Below, one piece after another: positions 45,740 through 54,964 of a stretch of 64,000 bases of DNA (positions are counted from its first letter, which is position 1; every line of letters starts with the position of its first letter). Both the position numbers and the translations under genes were made by a program. The notes beneath the pieces were generated by a model. That model was not told the DNA's origin. It ran no database searches and saw nothing but the letters and a program-made list of their open reading frames with translations. This DNA is from a virus (Duplodnaviria > Caudoviricetes): positions 1 through 64,000 of the IMG/VR virus record IMGVR_UViG_638275558_000001; one strand, given 5' to 3'.

Positions 45740-47158
45740 ATGCTTCTCGAAAGCCGAAAAGGAGAATTCCTACAACAGGAAATTCTTCGGTTGTATAAAA
45801 CCTATGGGGATCGTCTTCTGGTAAGATTTTCCAGCGCCGAACGCGAAACCTTCAATCCCGACGCCGACTATTTCACAACGCCTATCGGTACTTACGCCTA
45901 TCCTGTCGGTGCTATCTTCCACATTTCGGAAGACGATGTGGTGATCGATCCCGACATGTACGGGGTTTCCGAAAGAAAATATATTTATTTTTTTGTGGCA
46001 AGTAAAGATGCTTCTTGGCTTAACATATCCTCTCAACATCCGGCGTTTGAAATTCCCCTTGTTTTGTACAACCAGTTCAGAAATTATGCCGATCTCTATG
46101 ACGTTTCACTGGATGATGTTTTCCGGAATCGAAACAGTATGGAAAGCTATCTTACCTACTGGTGCTTTGCCATTGCATCCCGTGTTTTCTCCGATCTTAC
46201 AGAGACACTCAAGCAGAACTTGATGGAATTGCTTCGAAAAGATCTTCCCCGTATGCGGGGATATTATCAGGAGCTTTCAAATATTTGCAGGGAATTTGAC
46301 GTCGATGTTTCAAGATTCTATCATGCACGTAACAATCCCGAAGAATGGCTCAATTTGCTGATTGCAGAACTTCTTGACCGGCTCAACAGCGGCTTCAGAC
46401 ACATGAAATCAGCCGGGGATGTAAAGCATAAGTATTTCATGTATCCTCTGATCGTTTTTATAACATTGCTTCACAACAGGTATGCACCTTATCCGAATTC
46501 CATTGAAGCGGCTTATAATATAGGAGCCAAAAAAGACCCTGTTGTTCTGACGGGTTTCCTTCGAAAGGTGGGATATGATGGAATCTGGGATCATGGCACC
46601 GGAGCCATTCACTCCAATGAACCCGCTCAGGTGGTCTGGTGGAAACCCACTGCTGCAAGGCTGGTGAACAAAATGGATAACCCTCTTTATGTTTCGCCTT
46701 CCTCCATAGGATTCGGTTATCTTGCGTTTGCCGATGAAGGGGTTGCACCCTCCAATGAAAAACAGAAAAAATATTTATGGAATCTGATTTTAAGTGGTAA
46801 AATGGATGAGTTTATTGAAATCATGGATATGATCATGTACCGTAAGTATCTTGCAGCGCTTTTCAACGCGTTTTTGAATGAAAGACGGGTGGCTCTCAAA
46901 CACGCTATCGGATTCAAGGCATTCAAGGAATATCTCAAGCAAAATGCAGAGGAAATCAGAAACTTTTTCAGAGTGAGCAGCAATGCGCCGGTGCAGCTTG
47001 TATGGGACCGGTTCAGAAAAGCATTCAGAATTTCTGAATTACTTCGAAACTACGAAGAATTGATTGACCGGCACCCTTATGAGGTGGATGATTTTGCCCA
47101 CAAGCTTCTTGGTAATTTTAACTTTTTGAAAGAACTGATTAAGCCCACCAGACTATAA
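45740..47158 (+). CDS. Hypothetical protein, paralog family B (possible ADP-ribosyltransferase-like domain)
   Basis: FNPDADYFTTPIGTYAYP and VGYDGIWDHGTGAIHSNEPAQVVWW. Confidence 0.75.
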   Translation: MLLESRKGEFLQQEILRLYKTYGDRLLVRFSSAERETFNPDADYFTTPIGTYAYPVGAIFHISEDDVVIDPDMYGVSERKYIYFFVASKDASWLNISSQHPAFEIPLVLYNQFRNYADLYDVSLDDVFRNRNSMESYLTYWCFAIASRVFSDLTETLKQNLMELLRKDLPRMRGYYQELSNICREFDVDVSRFYHARNNPEEWLNLLIAELLDRLNSGFRHMKSAGDVKHKYFMYPLIVFITLLHNRYAPYPNSIEAAYNIGAKKDPVVLTGFLRKVGYDGIWDHGTGAIHSNEPAQVVWWKPTAARLVNKMDNPLYVSPSSIGFGYLAFADEGVAPSNEKQKKYLWNLILSGKMDEFIEIMDMIMYRKYLAALFNAFLNERRVALKHAIGFKAFKEYLKQNAEEIRNFFRVSSNAPVQLVWDRFRKAFRISELLRNYEELIDRHPYEVDDFAHKLLGNFNFLKELIKPTRL

Positions 47159-47210
47159 AACGCAAAATAATTAAAAAAATGAAAGTTAATTAAAATAAAA
47201 GGAGGTCAAA

Positions 47211-47791
47211 ATGAAGAGGTTGACAAAAGAACAGTTTATTAACAATTTTCACGAGCCCAACTCGCTGCATTTGTTCCCATCTATAGAGGATTTCATTAAC
47301 CCTCGACAAGGAGATATTACTCAATCCTACTGTTATGTATTACCTGTTCAGGATTTAAAAATCGACAACAAAATGGGCATACCGGTAAATTTTGATTTAT
47401 CACAGGCTTTAAATAAGATGATAGGTTCTAAAGGTGAGTTGAACAAAAATTTGATCAAACAAAAAAACTCGGCACTTAAGGAATTAAAAAATATATTACA
47501 GAAGTTTCACAAAATTTTACAATCATTAAAATCTAATTTTAATGAAGGGATAGCACTGGTTTTTCATTCCTTTTTTTTTATGAAAAAGTGCACTCCTTTG
47601 ATCATGCTCGCGCATCGTATGATTATGTAAAAAGCAACCCCAAAAGTGTTTTAGAGCCACTCAATGAAGCATTAAAATACGATGAAGAAATCGTCGAGGA
47701 AGCTATTAGAGAAACAGTATCAGATTATCTGGAAAGTGGAGACTGGTATGATATGATTGAAAATGCAGTCGAAAAGTATTTGAGGGGTTAA
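47211..47791 (+). pseudogene. Shortened paralog of 50664..52244, split by a frameshift at a T9 run (47571-47579)
   Basis: LTKEQFINNFH/CYVLPV/GIPVN/GIALVF match the 50664 protein; the reading continues in the 47588..47791 frame. Confidence 0.65.
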
Positions 47792-47804
47792 TTAAAAGAA
47801 AACC

Positions 47805-49211
47805 ATGCTTGATCAGCTTCTTTCTCTTTCCGGGCTTTACTTTGATCAACAGCTTTTTGCGGGTTCACCGGGAGAGTTGTTTTTGCGGTTGGTGGCGGAA
47901 GCACTCGATGAAGCGGAGTTCAATGTAAGGAGTCTGCAGAACCGAAGCTATCCGCTGACTGTAGAGAATACTGATGATCTGCTGAGACTGGCACACCTGA
48001 ACGGTGTAAGTATTACCCCCTACGTTCAGGGAATTGTCAAAGCAGAACTTCTTGTTACTTTCCCCATTTCGGTTACCACATCTGTTCCTGACTTGACAAC
48101 ACATGCACCGGAAATTCTCTACATGGATATTCTTGCCGATACGGATTATTTCTATCTGGATTATACCGATTTCCGCCAGACCGATACCCGTATCATTACC
48201 ACCAGCACCAATCTTATCTACTCAAGAGACGTAGTCTTTCGTCATGGTAGGGTTGAGCGGAGAAGCTATCCGGTAAGTCAGACGATCCCCTTCATGATGT
48301 TAGAACTTGAGGAAGATGTGGTGGATGTTAAGAACGTTTTCGTGGAATACCCTGATGGAAGGCTGGTCAAGTTTTACCGCTCACGTAATCTTCATGAAAA
48401 TCTGGTGGTTGAAAATGCGGTAATTTACAACACCCGCCACATTTACGACGTGGTGTTTTCCTCGGGGAGAGTGCATTTGCTTTTCGGTAGAAAGATTTCT
48501 CTGGAAGACCCGATTTCACATACCGGCTATACTTTTCCCGCCGGAAGCACCATATATGTCGACACGGTTGCAATCGATCCGACTACCCTGAACAGCTTCA
48601 TTCCGGAACTTGAAGCAGATATCAAAACCGTTAAGATCAACAACCGTATTGGGGCAACCCCTCAGATTCAGGTGCTCACCGAAGGTGGATACACTTCCCG
48701 TCTTAAAGACATCGAATATCTCAAACGGGAACTGCTTGTCGCTCTTCAGAAAGACGAACTGGAAAGAGAAATCGCAAAATATTTCGATAAATACAGATTC
48801 GTTCGAGAAGATGATATTGTCTATGTGGAAGGAGCCATATACCGCAACGGTAGATTCACCTTCCACGAAGCCGATCGATTCTATATGCAGAAAGTGGTTT
48901 CCACCTACAACCGCAACATGATCGTCAGGAAAATTCCGATCACCCCCCTCAAGATCATCATTCGCGCTTCCAACATTCTGAACCCCGGAGAACTGATCAC
49001 TTTCGTAAAAGATTATATCAGAAAACTTCCGATCGGTGGAACGTGGATCACAAATGAACTTGTGGGGTTAATAAAAGAAAAATTCAATGTCGTATGTGTG
49101 CTGGAAATTTATTTTGGAGAAACTTATGCCCGAAAGGTTTCGGAAGATATTATCATCTACGACGGCGTACTCGACGTTGAAAGTGTAGAAGTCAAACCCG
49201 TACTGGTTTGA
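47805..49211 (+). CDS. Baseplate wedge subunit, gp6/J-like
   Basis: LFLRLVAEALDEAEFNV...SYPLTV...LLRLAHLNG is gp6-like. Confidence 0.7.
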   Translation: MLDQLLSLSGLYFDQQLFAGSPGELFLRLVAEALDEAEFNVRSLQNRSYPLTVENTDDLLRLAHLNGVSITPYVQGIVKAELLVTFPISVTTSVPDLTTHAPEILYMDILADTDYFYLDYTDFRQTDTRIITTSTNLIYSRDVVFRHGRVERRSYPVSQTIPFMMLELEEDVVDVKNVFVEYPDGRLVKFYRSRNLHENLVVENAVIYNTRHIYDVVFSSGRVHLLFGRKISLEDPISHTGYTFPAGSTIYVDTVAIDPTTLNSFIPELEADIKTVKINNRIGATPQIQVLTEGGYTSRLKDIEYLKRELLVALQKDELEREIAKYFDKYRFVREDDIVYVEGAIYRNGRFTFHEADRFYMQKVVSTYNRNMIVRKIPITPLKIIIRASNILNPGELITFVKDYIRKLPIGGTWITNELVGLIKEKFNVVCVLEIYFGETYARKVSEDIIIYDGVLDVESVEVKPVLV

Positions 49212-49591
49212 TGGGGCGCTATGCAAAAACCAAGGGAAGGAAATTTCAGAACTTTGTAAAATCGCTGCTTGAATCCACCTTCAAAAATTGGAGCTTCAAG
49301 ACAGCAATCATGGGCGAATCAGGTTCAGATGTCAAGATATTTCCGGAGCAGATTTTTTCGGTTGAAGTAAAACACCACAAAAACGGATTGATCAGAAAGG
49401 ATGATATGCCTTCTGAAACCGTACTCAAGCAAGCACGCGAGCTTATCCGTAAGGAAAACAGTCATTTCTGTTTGATCGTTTTGAAGGAGAATTACAAAAC
49501 CCCACAATATTTTGTGCTTTATCGAAACGGAAAGCTGAGAAAGCTGGAAGATATATCGGAGCTTAAGGAAATTGTAAAAAGATATAAATGA
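49211..49591 (+). CDS. Holliday-junction resolvase-like PD-(D/E)xK nuclease
   Basis: KTKGRKFQ, MGESGSDV, FSVEVK. Confidence 0.75.
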   Translation: MGRYAKTKGRKFQNFVKSLLESTFKNWSFKTAIMGESGSDVKIFPEQIFSVEVKHHKNGLIRKDDMPSETVLKQARELIRKENSHFCLIVLKENYKTPQYFVLYRNGKLRKLEDISELKEIVKRYK

Positions 49592-49594
49592 TAG

Positions 49595-50578
49595 TTACTT
49601 TGAGAGAAAGACCGTATTGGAGATATATTTACCTGTTGAAAATTCCATAGCGGCGCTTAAGCAAAAACTGGCAAGGTTAGCCGCTGCAAACGAAACCGCA
49701 GGTGGAACGCCTGGACCCCCCATTTTGCTGAACTCCTGAGCAAACTTGCGCATCATCTTCGTCATGAAAGAATTGAAAGATTTTCCAAGAAGCGCATTTT
49801 CGGTAGCGCTACTGGTATTGCCTATATAAACCCTGTCTCCATGTAGATACATCCGTTCGGTGGAAATCCTCACCTTTCTCTCCGCACCCATTAGCAATTC
49901 TTCCTGCATGGCAAGGTGCAATTTTTTTGCAGCCACAAGGATTCGCTCACGTTGCAGCAGGTGCAGTGAATCCGATCTTATTTTAACAACGTAACCGCCA
50001 CTTTCTTCATCCACCGACTCATTCTTGAAAGATATTTTATATGATTTCAGATTTACCTGATCGCCGTCTATTTTACCATAGATTCCATACGGGGATTTAT
50101 CTTCGTCGACAGAAGTGGTTAAATCGTCAGAGACTTCATCACTGTACTTTCCAAGAAACAGATTTCCCTCTTCGTCAAACCATAGCGCCTGCATTCCCTT
50201 TCCGTTGAGAAAATATTCACCCGGAAACGATCTTATCCGTGCCCGTTTCAATTGATTAATCGTAACACCACTTTCATTGTCGTTGGTGGTTTGAAGGTAG
50301 TTTGACATGTTGACGGGGAAGGGGAAATACCAGAGCCTTCCATTGATTTCCACATAAGCAAGGAGATCACCCACCTCAGGATAAAATCCTATGTGCACGA
50401 AAAATGGATAGGCTACACCAATCACTTCTTCAGAAATGTCTTTGATTCTGACCGCCATGTATCTTTCGGGAGTATCGACATCATCTACTTCCAGTACCAA
50501 TCCGAATTTTACCGGAGATGAAAAGAAAGATATTTTGCTGCTTTTGTTAGAAAAGAATTCCTGAGTGTTGAACCCCAT
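49595..50578 (-). CDS. Baseplate spike, gp5/gpV-like
   Basis: OB-fold-like YPEVGDLLAYV, beta-rich middle, C-term ENALLG. Confidence 0.55.
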   Translation of the reverse strand: MGFNTQEFFSNKSSKISFFSSPVKFGLVLEVDDVDTPERYMAVRIKDISEEVIGVAYPFFVHIGFYPEVGDLLAYVEINGRLWYFPFPVNMSNYLQTTNDNESGVTINQLKRARIRSFPGEYFLNGKGMQALWFDEEGNLFLGKYSDEVSDDLTTSVDEDKSPYGIYGKIDGDQVNLKSYKISFKNESVDEESGGYVVKIRSDSLHLLQRERILVAAKKLHLAMQEELLMGAERKVRISTERMYLHGDRVYIGNTSSATENALLGKSFNSFMTKMMRKFAQEFSKMGGPGVPPAVSFAAANLASFCLSAAMEFSTGKYISNTVFLSK

Positions 50579-50663
50579 TTTTTATTTTATTTTTGTTAGT
50601 TAAACATATAAACTATATAGTTTTCTTTTAAATAAAACACCAAATGATTTTTAACACTTCATA

Positions 50664-52244
50664 CTATTGAAGATTTTTCAGAATACGATCCACGACCTGT
50701 TTCCATTTTCGGTTATCCTTATATTCACCAACAATCTCTCCTGCTATCTCGAATACCGCTTCTCCAAAATACCACAAATGTTTTTCCAGTTCTACGTGCA
50801 CATGATATTCGTTCCTTTCAATATAGTCTTCAATTAATCGTTTGATAAAATGATGTAAAACGTATTCACCTTCGAATCTTTCTTTAACATAAAACACCAC
50901 AATTTCTGCTCCCAGAGATACCGCATCTGTACCTCTTTGACTGATAGGTTCATCATAACGCATTCCAACCACAATACTCATAAGAACTTCTGAGGGTAAT
51001 GGATGACCTTCATGAGAGTGGAAAAGATAGTGGTTAGTTATTTTAGTCAGCAGCTTTTTTACCGTCTCTCTATCCAGAAAGTGTGTGTAGTTATTGATTC
51101 TATCTTCAATATAGTCAACGAATTCCAATTGCAGTTTGGTGAATATAAATTCTTCTTGGGCGTATAGTTTATCATATACAAAATCTACAAGATCATCATT
51201 TTGTTCATTGTACTGATCAATAATGGAAGTAACAATTTTTTCTATCTTATTCTCTATAAATTTATCTACGTTCAATGCGTGTTTTAAACCTTCCTTTATA
51301 ATCTCTAAAATTTCGGGGTCTGATAAATAATCTTCCCACAAATCATCTTTAAGCATATCTTTATAAACAATGAAGGCAATCGCATCTTTTACCGGTTCGG
51401 GAATGTGTGGAATAAGGTCTTCAGGTTCATTTATGCGTATTGCTCTTTCGATCAACAAACGAATATAAAAATCTATAGATTCGGGGGTTTGAATATTAAA
51501 GTCAAGTATCCTATCAAGGTCTGTTCTGTCATCAATGCCATATTTTAGCAACAGTCTCTGCTTATAAGATGGAATAGACGGCACCTGTTCCACAATAAAT
51601 TCATAAAGAGGAGAACCCTCTTTAAGATTGATTACAAAAAGGTCTCTCAAATAATTAGCAGCCGTCATCTTTACTCGAGCATTGACAAACGCCATTTTTA
51701 TAACGTGGGGTTCATTATAGTTTTGAACAACATTAAAAAGTGAATGGAAATGTTCAGTTGATTCGGCTACTATTAGTTTCCCATTTCTGGTTCCCACTAT
51801 CATAAAAGAATAAAACAGGGATGTGAAATATTCCTTGCCGGTTATGCTGTATGGAAAATTAGACTTTCGTAGTCCACAAAAAACAAGGGCTACGCCCCTG
51901 TCAACAATTGATTTCAACTTGTTTAATATTTGCGAACCTTTGGTTTTTATCTCATTTTGTTTATGAATAATGAAGTTTCTAAGTTGCAAAAATTGATCTT
52001 GGGTGACCCTTGATGAATGCTTATAGATATAATTGAATGTTTCTAATAAGTGGTGATTCAAGGGAATGCCTTCTTGGGGATGAAAACTAAGTTTTTCTAC
52101 GGGTAAAACATAACACCTTAAAAACAGCGAATCCCCACTATCGTTTGGTAAAACATACATGAACCAGTTAATTGAAGAAAAAAAGCTTAACGCCTCTTTG
52201 CTGTGGAAGTTATCCGCAAATTGTTCTCTTGTCAGTATCAGCAT
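50664..52244 (-). CDS. Hypothetical protein, paralog family C (start probably MLILTREQF)
   Basis: Long ORF; N-term aligns with 47211; TATTTAA at 52284-52290. Confidence 0.75.
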   Translation of the reverse strand: MLILTREQFADNFHSKEALSFFSSINWFMYVLPNDSGDSLFLRCYVLPVEKLSFHPQEGIPLNHHLLETFNYIYKHSSRVTQDQFLQLRNFIIHKQNEIKTKGSQILNKLKSIVDRGVALVFCGLRKSNFPYSITGKEYFTSLFYSFMIVGTRNGKLIVAESTEHFHSLFNVVQNYNEPHVIKMAFVNARVKMTAANYLRDLFVINLKEGSPLYEFIVEQVPSIPSYKQRLLLKYGIDDRTDLDRILDFNIQTPESIDFYIRLLIERAIRINEPEDLIPHIPEPVKDAIAFIVYKDMLKDDLWEDYLSDPEILEIIKEGLKHALNVDKFIENKIEKIVTSIIDQYNEQNDDLVDFVYDKLYAQEEFIFTKLQLEFVDYIEDRINNYTHFLDRETVKKLLTKITNHYLFHSHEGHPLPSEVLMSIVVGMRYDEPISQRGTDAVSLGAEIVVFYVKERFEGEYVLHHFIKRLIEDYIERNEYHVHVELEKHLWYFGEAVFEIAGEIVGEYKDNRKWKQVVDRILKNLQ

Positions 52245-52497
52245 ATAACCTAAGCAAAGTTTATTATACAAGGTAAATTTGGATTAAATAATAACCAGAC
52301 TTCTCAGATGTAATTATTCGTCTTTTCCAACCACATCAGAATAAAACGTTTCTATTTCGTTAAGATCTTTGTTGATCAGAGTTTCAATTTGTTTTTTTCA
52401 GCCCCATGACACACCCTCCATTTTTTGGCATACTAAACAAGGCAAAACCCAGACAGTTCCATAGCCGCCGACTTATTTAAAGAAAAATAAATGAAAA

Positions 52498-53364
52498 ATG
52501 CTTCAAGTACTGAAAGACACCTATTTAAACAGCGCTTCCCCGCATAACAACTATGGAGCCGACGAAATTCTCCGGCTCAATGCCACTTCCAGCATTGCAT
52601 TGCAGTTTGAAAACCCGATTGGAACGGGTTATGAGATTCGCCTGTTTGTTGCCGACGCGTGGATTCCCCATGTAGAATATCTGGGTGGGGGAAGCTATCA
52701 CCGGCTGCTCCTCACCGTTTCGCTCTACAGCTTTTCTATGGATGAAGGATATGGAACCGAAGTAGAACCGCTTATAAGCCAGAGTTTCAACTATGCGTCG
52801 CTGTCAACGCTTCCTTTACCACTGGAAGTTCGCACGGTAAGCGCATTTATTCATCTGGCACCGCTCAAGCGGCGTATGGTAAGCATTCCACTTACAAACT
52901 TTTTCAACGCCGGAAACTTTGTTCTTATCGAATCGGCTGAGGAAATGGCGGTCAACTTTTTCAGCAGACAGACGCGCACGGCTTTCATTCCCTATACTAT
53001 TCCGACAGTATCCTTGCAGCCCCCGGCGCTTTCAGACTTCGTATACGATACCCGCATAGACGACTACGGAGTATATCTGCAGGCTTGGGAGCGGAAGATT
53101 CCCATTGCGGTAAGGGGTTATCTCATGCAGACGCTGTCATACATAGACCTCTCAACCGTATGGTTTGAAGTATACGTGTTCGACATGATCACCGGTGAGG
53201 AACACTATTATACATCGCTGCTTCCCACTCCCGTTGGGAATAACTGGTACTATATTGACATGAGCCGTGTCAATATGAAAAGAACCCAGTATGTGAGACT
53301 CAAACCGGTTGGAAGCACCAACGACATTTTCCTTTCCTTCCACAACCGCTATCTGAGACTATGA
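52498..53364 (+). CDS. Putative virion protein with a DNRLRE-like N-terminus
   Basis: KDTYLNSASPHNNYGADEIL; late promoter upstream. Confidence 0.55.
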   Translation: MLQVLKDTYLNSASPHNNYGADEILRLNATSSIALQFENPIGTGYEIRLFVADAWIPHVEYLGGGSYHRLLLTVSLYSFSMDEGYGTEVEPLISQSFNYASLSTLPLPLEVRTVSAFIHLAPLKRRMVSIPLTNFFNAGNFVLIESAEEMAVNFFSRQTRTAFIPYTIPTVSLQPPALSDFVYDTRIDDYGVYLQAWERKIPIAVRGYLMQTLSYIDLSTVWFEVYVFDMITGEEHYYTSLLPTPVGNNWYYIDMSRVNMKRTQYVRLKPVGSTNDIFLSFHNRYLRL

Positions 53365-54887
53365 ACACCCAACAGATTATAAAACAGGAGCTTGAAAAAT
53401 GTAAAAACGATCCGATTTATTTCATTCGTAAATATGTGAAAATCCAGCACCCGATCAAGCGCGTCATACCGTTCGATCTATACCCGATTCAGGAGAAACT
53501 CATTAACTTTTATCATACACACCGATATGTAATCACGGAAAAACCCCGCCAGATGGGTGTAACGTGGTGTGCAGTGGCGTATGCACTTCATCAGATGATC
53601 TTCAACTCCAACTACAAGGTACTGATTGCAGCCAACAAGGAAGCCACGGCAAAAAACGTGCTGGAACGTATCAAGTTTGCTTATGAGCAGCTTCCCAGAT
53701 TTCTTCAGATTAAAAAACGTACATGGAATAAAACCTATATCGAATTTTCCAACTATTCTTCCGCAAGAGCCGTCTCTTCCAAAAGTGATTCTGGACGTTC
53801 GGAAAGTATTACGCTTCTGATTGTGGAAGAAGCCGCGTTCATTTCCAACATGGAGGAACTCTGGGCTTCGGTGCAGCAGACGCTTGCCACCGGTGGTAAA
53901 TGTATCGTCAACTCCACCTACAACGGGGTTGGAAACTGGTACGAACGCACAATCCGAGCCGCCAAGGAAGGAAAAAGCGAATTCAAGTATTTTGGTATCA
54001 AATGGAGTGATCATCCTGAGCGAGATGAAAAATGGTTTGAGGAGCAAAAAAGATTGCTTCCCCCACGTGTGTTTGCTCAGGAGATTCTCTGCATTCCTCA
54101 GGGTTCGGGAGAAAACGTCATTCCGTTCCATTTGATCAGAGAAGAAGAATTTATCGATCCGTTTGTGGTAAAATACGGTGGAGATTACTGGGAGTGGTAC
54201 CGCAAACCCGGTTATTACTTTATCAGCGTAGACCCTGCTTCGGGTAGAGGGGAAGATCGATCCGCCGTAGGTGTGCAGGTGCTGTGGGTAGACCCTCAGA
54301 CGCTCACCATTGAACAGGTGGCGGAATTCGCCTCCGATAAAACCTCGCTTCCCGTCATGCGTCAGGTGATCAAGCAGATTTATGACGAATTCAAACCACA
54401 ACTCATTTTCATCGAGACAAACGGTATCGGCATGGGGCTCTATCAGTTCATGGAAGCTTACACGCCCAGTATTGTAGGATACTATACCACACAGCGGAAA
54501 AAGGTGCACGGATCGGACCTTCTGGCAAAACTCTACGAAGACGGTAGATTGATTCTGAGATCGAAAAGACTCTTGGAGCAGCTTCAGCGCACAACATGGG
54601 TTAAAAACAAAGTGGAAACAGCAGGAAGAAATGACCTTTACATGGCGCTTATCAACGGTCTCATGGCTATCGCTACTCACGAAATCATGGAAGCCAACCC
54701 TGAATGGGAAAAGATTAACGTAACCTTCAACAGTTATCTTGGGAATAAGGTAACCCCCAGCACGCTCGACATCAACCAAGAGTTTGGAGGAGAATTTACC
54801 TATATCGCCACACCGAAGGTAAATCCTGATCTGAACAAAAATCTATTAATTCAAAAAAAATCCGAAGATTTCATCTGGTATATCTGA
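53361..54887 (+). CDS. Terminase large subunit, gp17-like
   Basis: KPRQMGVT (Walker A), LLIVEEAAF (Walker B), STYNG, VDPASG (nuclease). Confidence 0.95.
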   Translation: MNTQQIIKQELEKCKNDPIYFIRKYVKIQHPIKRVIPFDLYPIQEKLINFYHTHRYVITEKPRQMGVTWCAVAYALHQMIFNSNYKVLIAANKEATAKNVLERIKFAYEQLPRFLQIKKRTWNKTYIEFSNYSSARAVSSKSDSGRSESITLLIVEEAAFISNMEELWASVQQTLATGGKCIVNSTYNGVGNWYERTIRAAKEGKSEFKYFGIKWSDHPERDEKWFEEQKRLLPPRVFAQEILCIPQGSGENVIPFHLIREEEFIDPFVVKYGGDYWEWYRKPGYYFISVDPASGRGEDRSAVGVQVLWVDPQTLTIEQVAEFASDKTSLPVMRQVIKQIYDEFKPQLIFIETNGIGMGLYQFMEAYTPSIVGYYTTQRKKVHGSDLLAKLYEDGRLILRSKRLLEQLQRTTWVKNKVETAGRNDLYMALINGLMAIATHEIMEANPEWEKINVTFNSYLGNKVTPSTLDINQEFGGEFTYIATPKVNPDLNKNLLIQKKSEDFIWYI

Positions 54888-54895
54888 AAACGGCT

Positions 54896-54925
54896 TTCCA
54901 CACAATCCCAATTACCAGTATTTAA
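54896..54925 (+). repeat. Dispersed 30-bp motif, copy D (TTCCACACAATCCCAATTACCAGTATTTAA)
   Basis: Exact inverted copy of 37493-37522. Confidence 0.9.
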
Positions 54926-54964
54926 TATCCCTCTCTGATATACTCCCCCGTTATTTAAAAGAAA

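Noticed and set aside
52310-52430. Short minus-strand ORF with RBS context resembling 1476-1500
   Set aside because: Stops after 7 codons unless an A7 frameshift is assumed; too weak to call
53478-54779. 433-aa ORF antisense to terminase
   Set aside because: Shadow frame; atypical composition, no RBS
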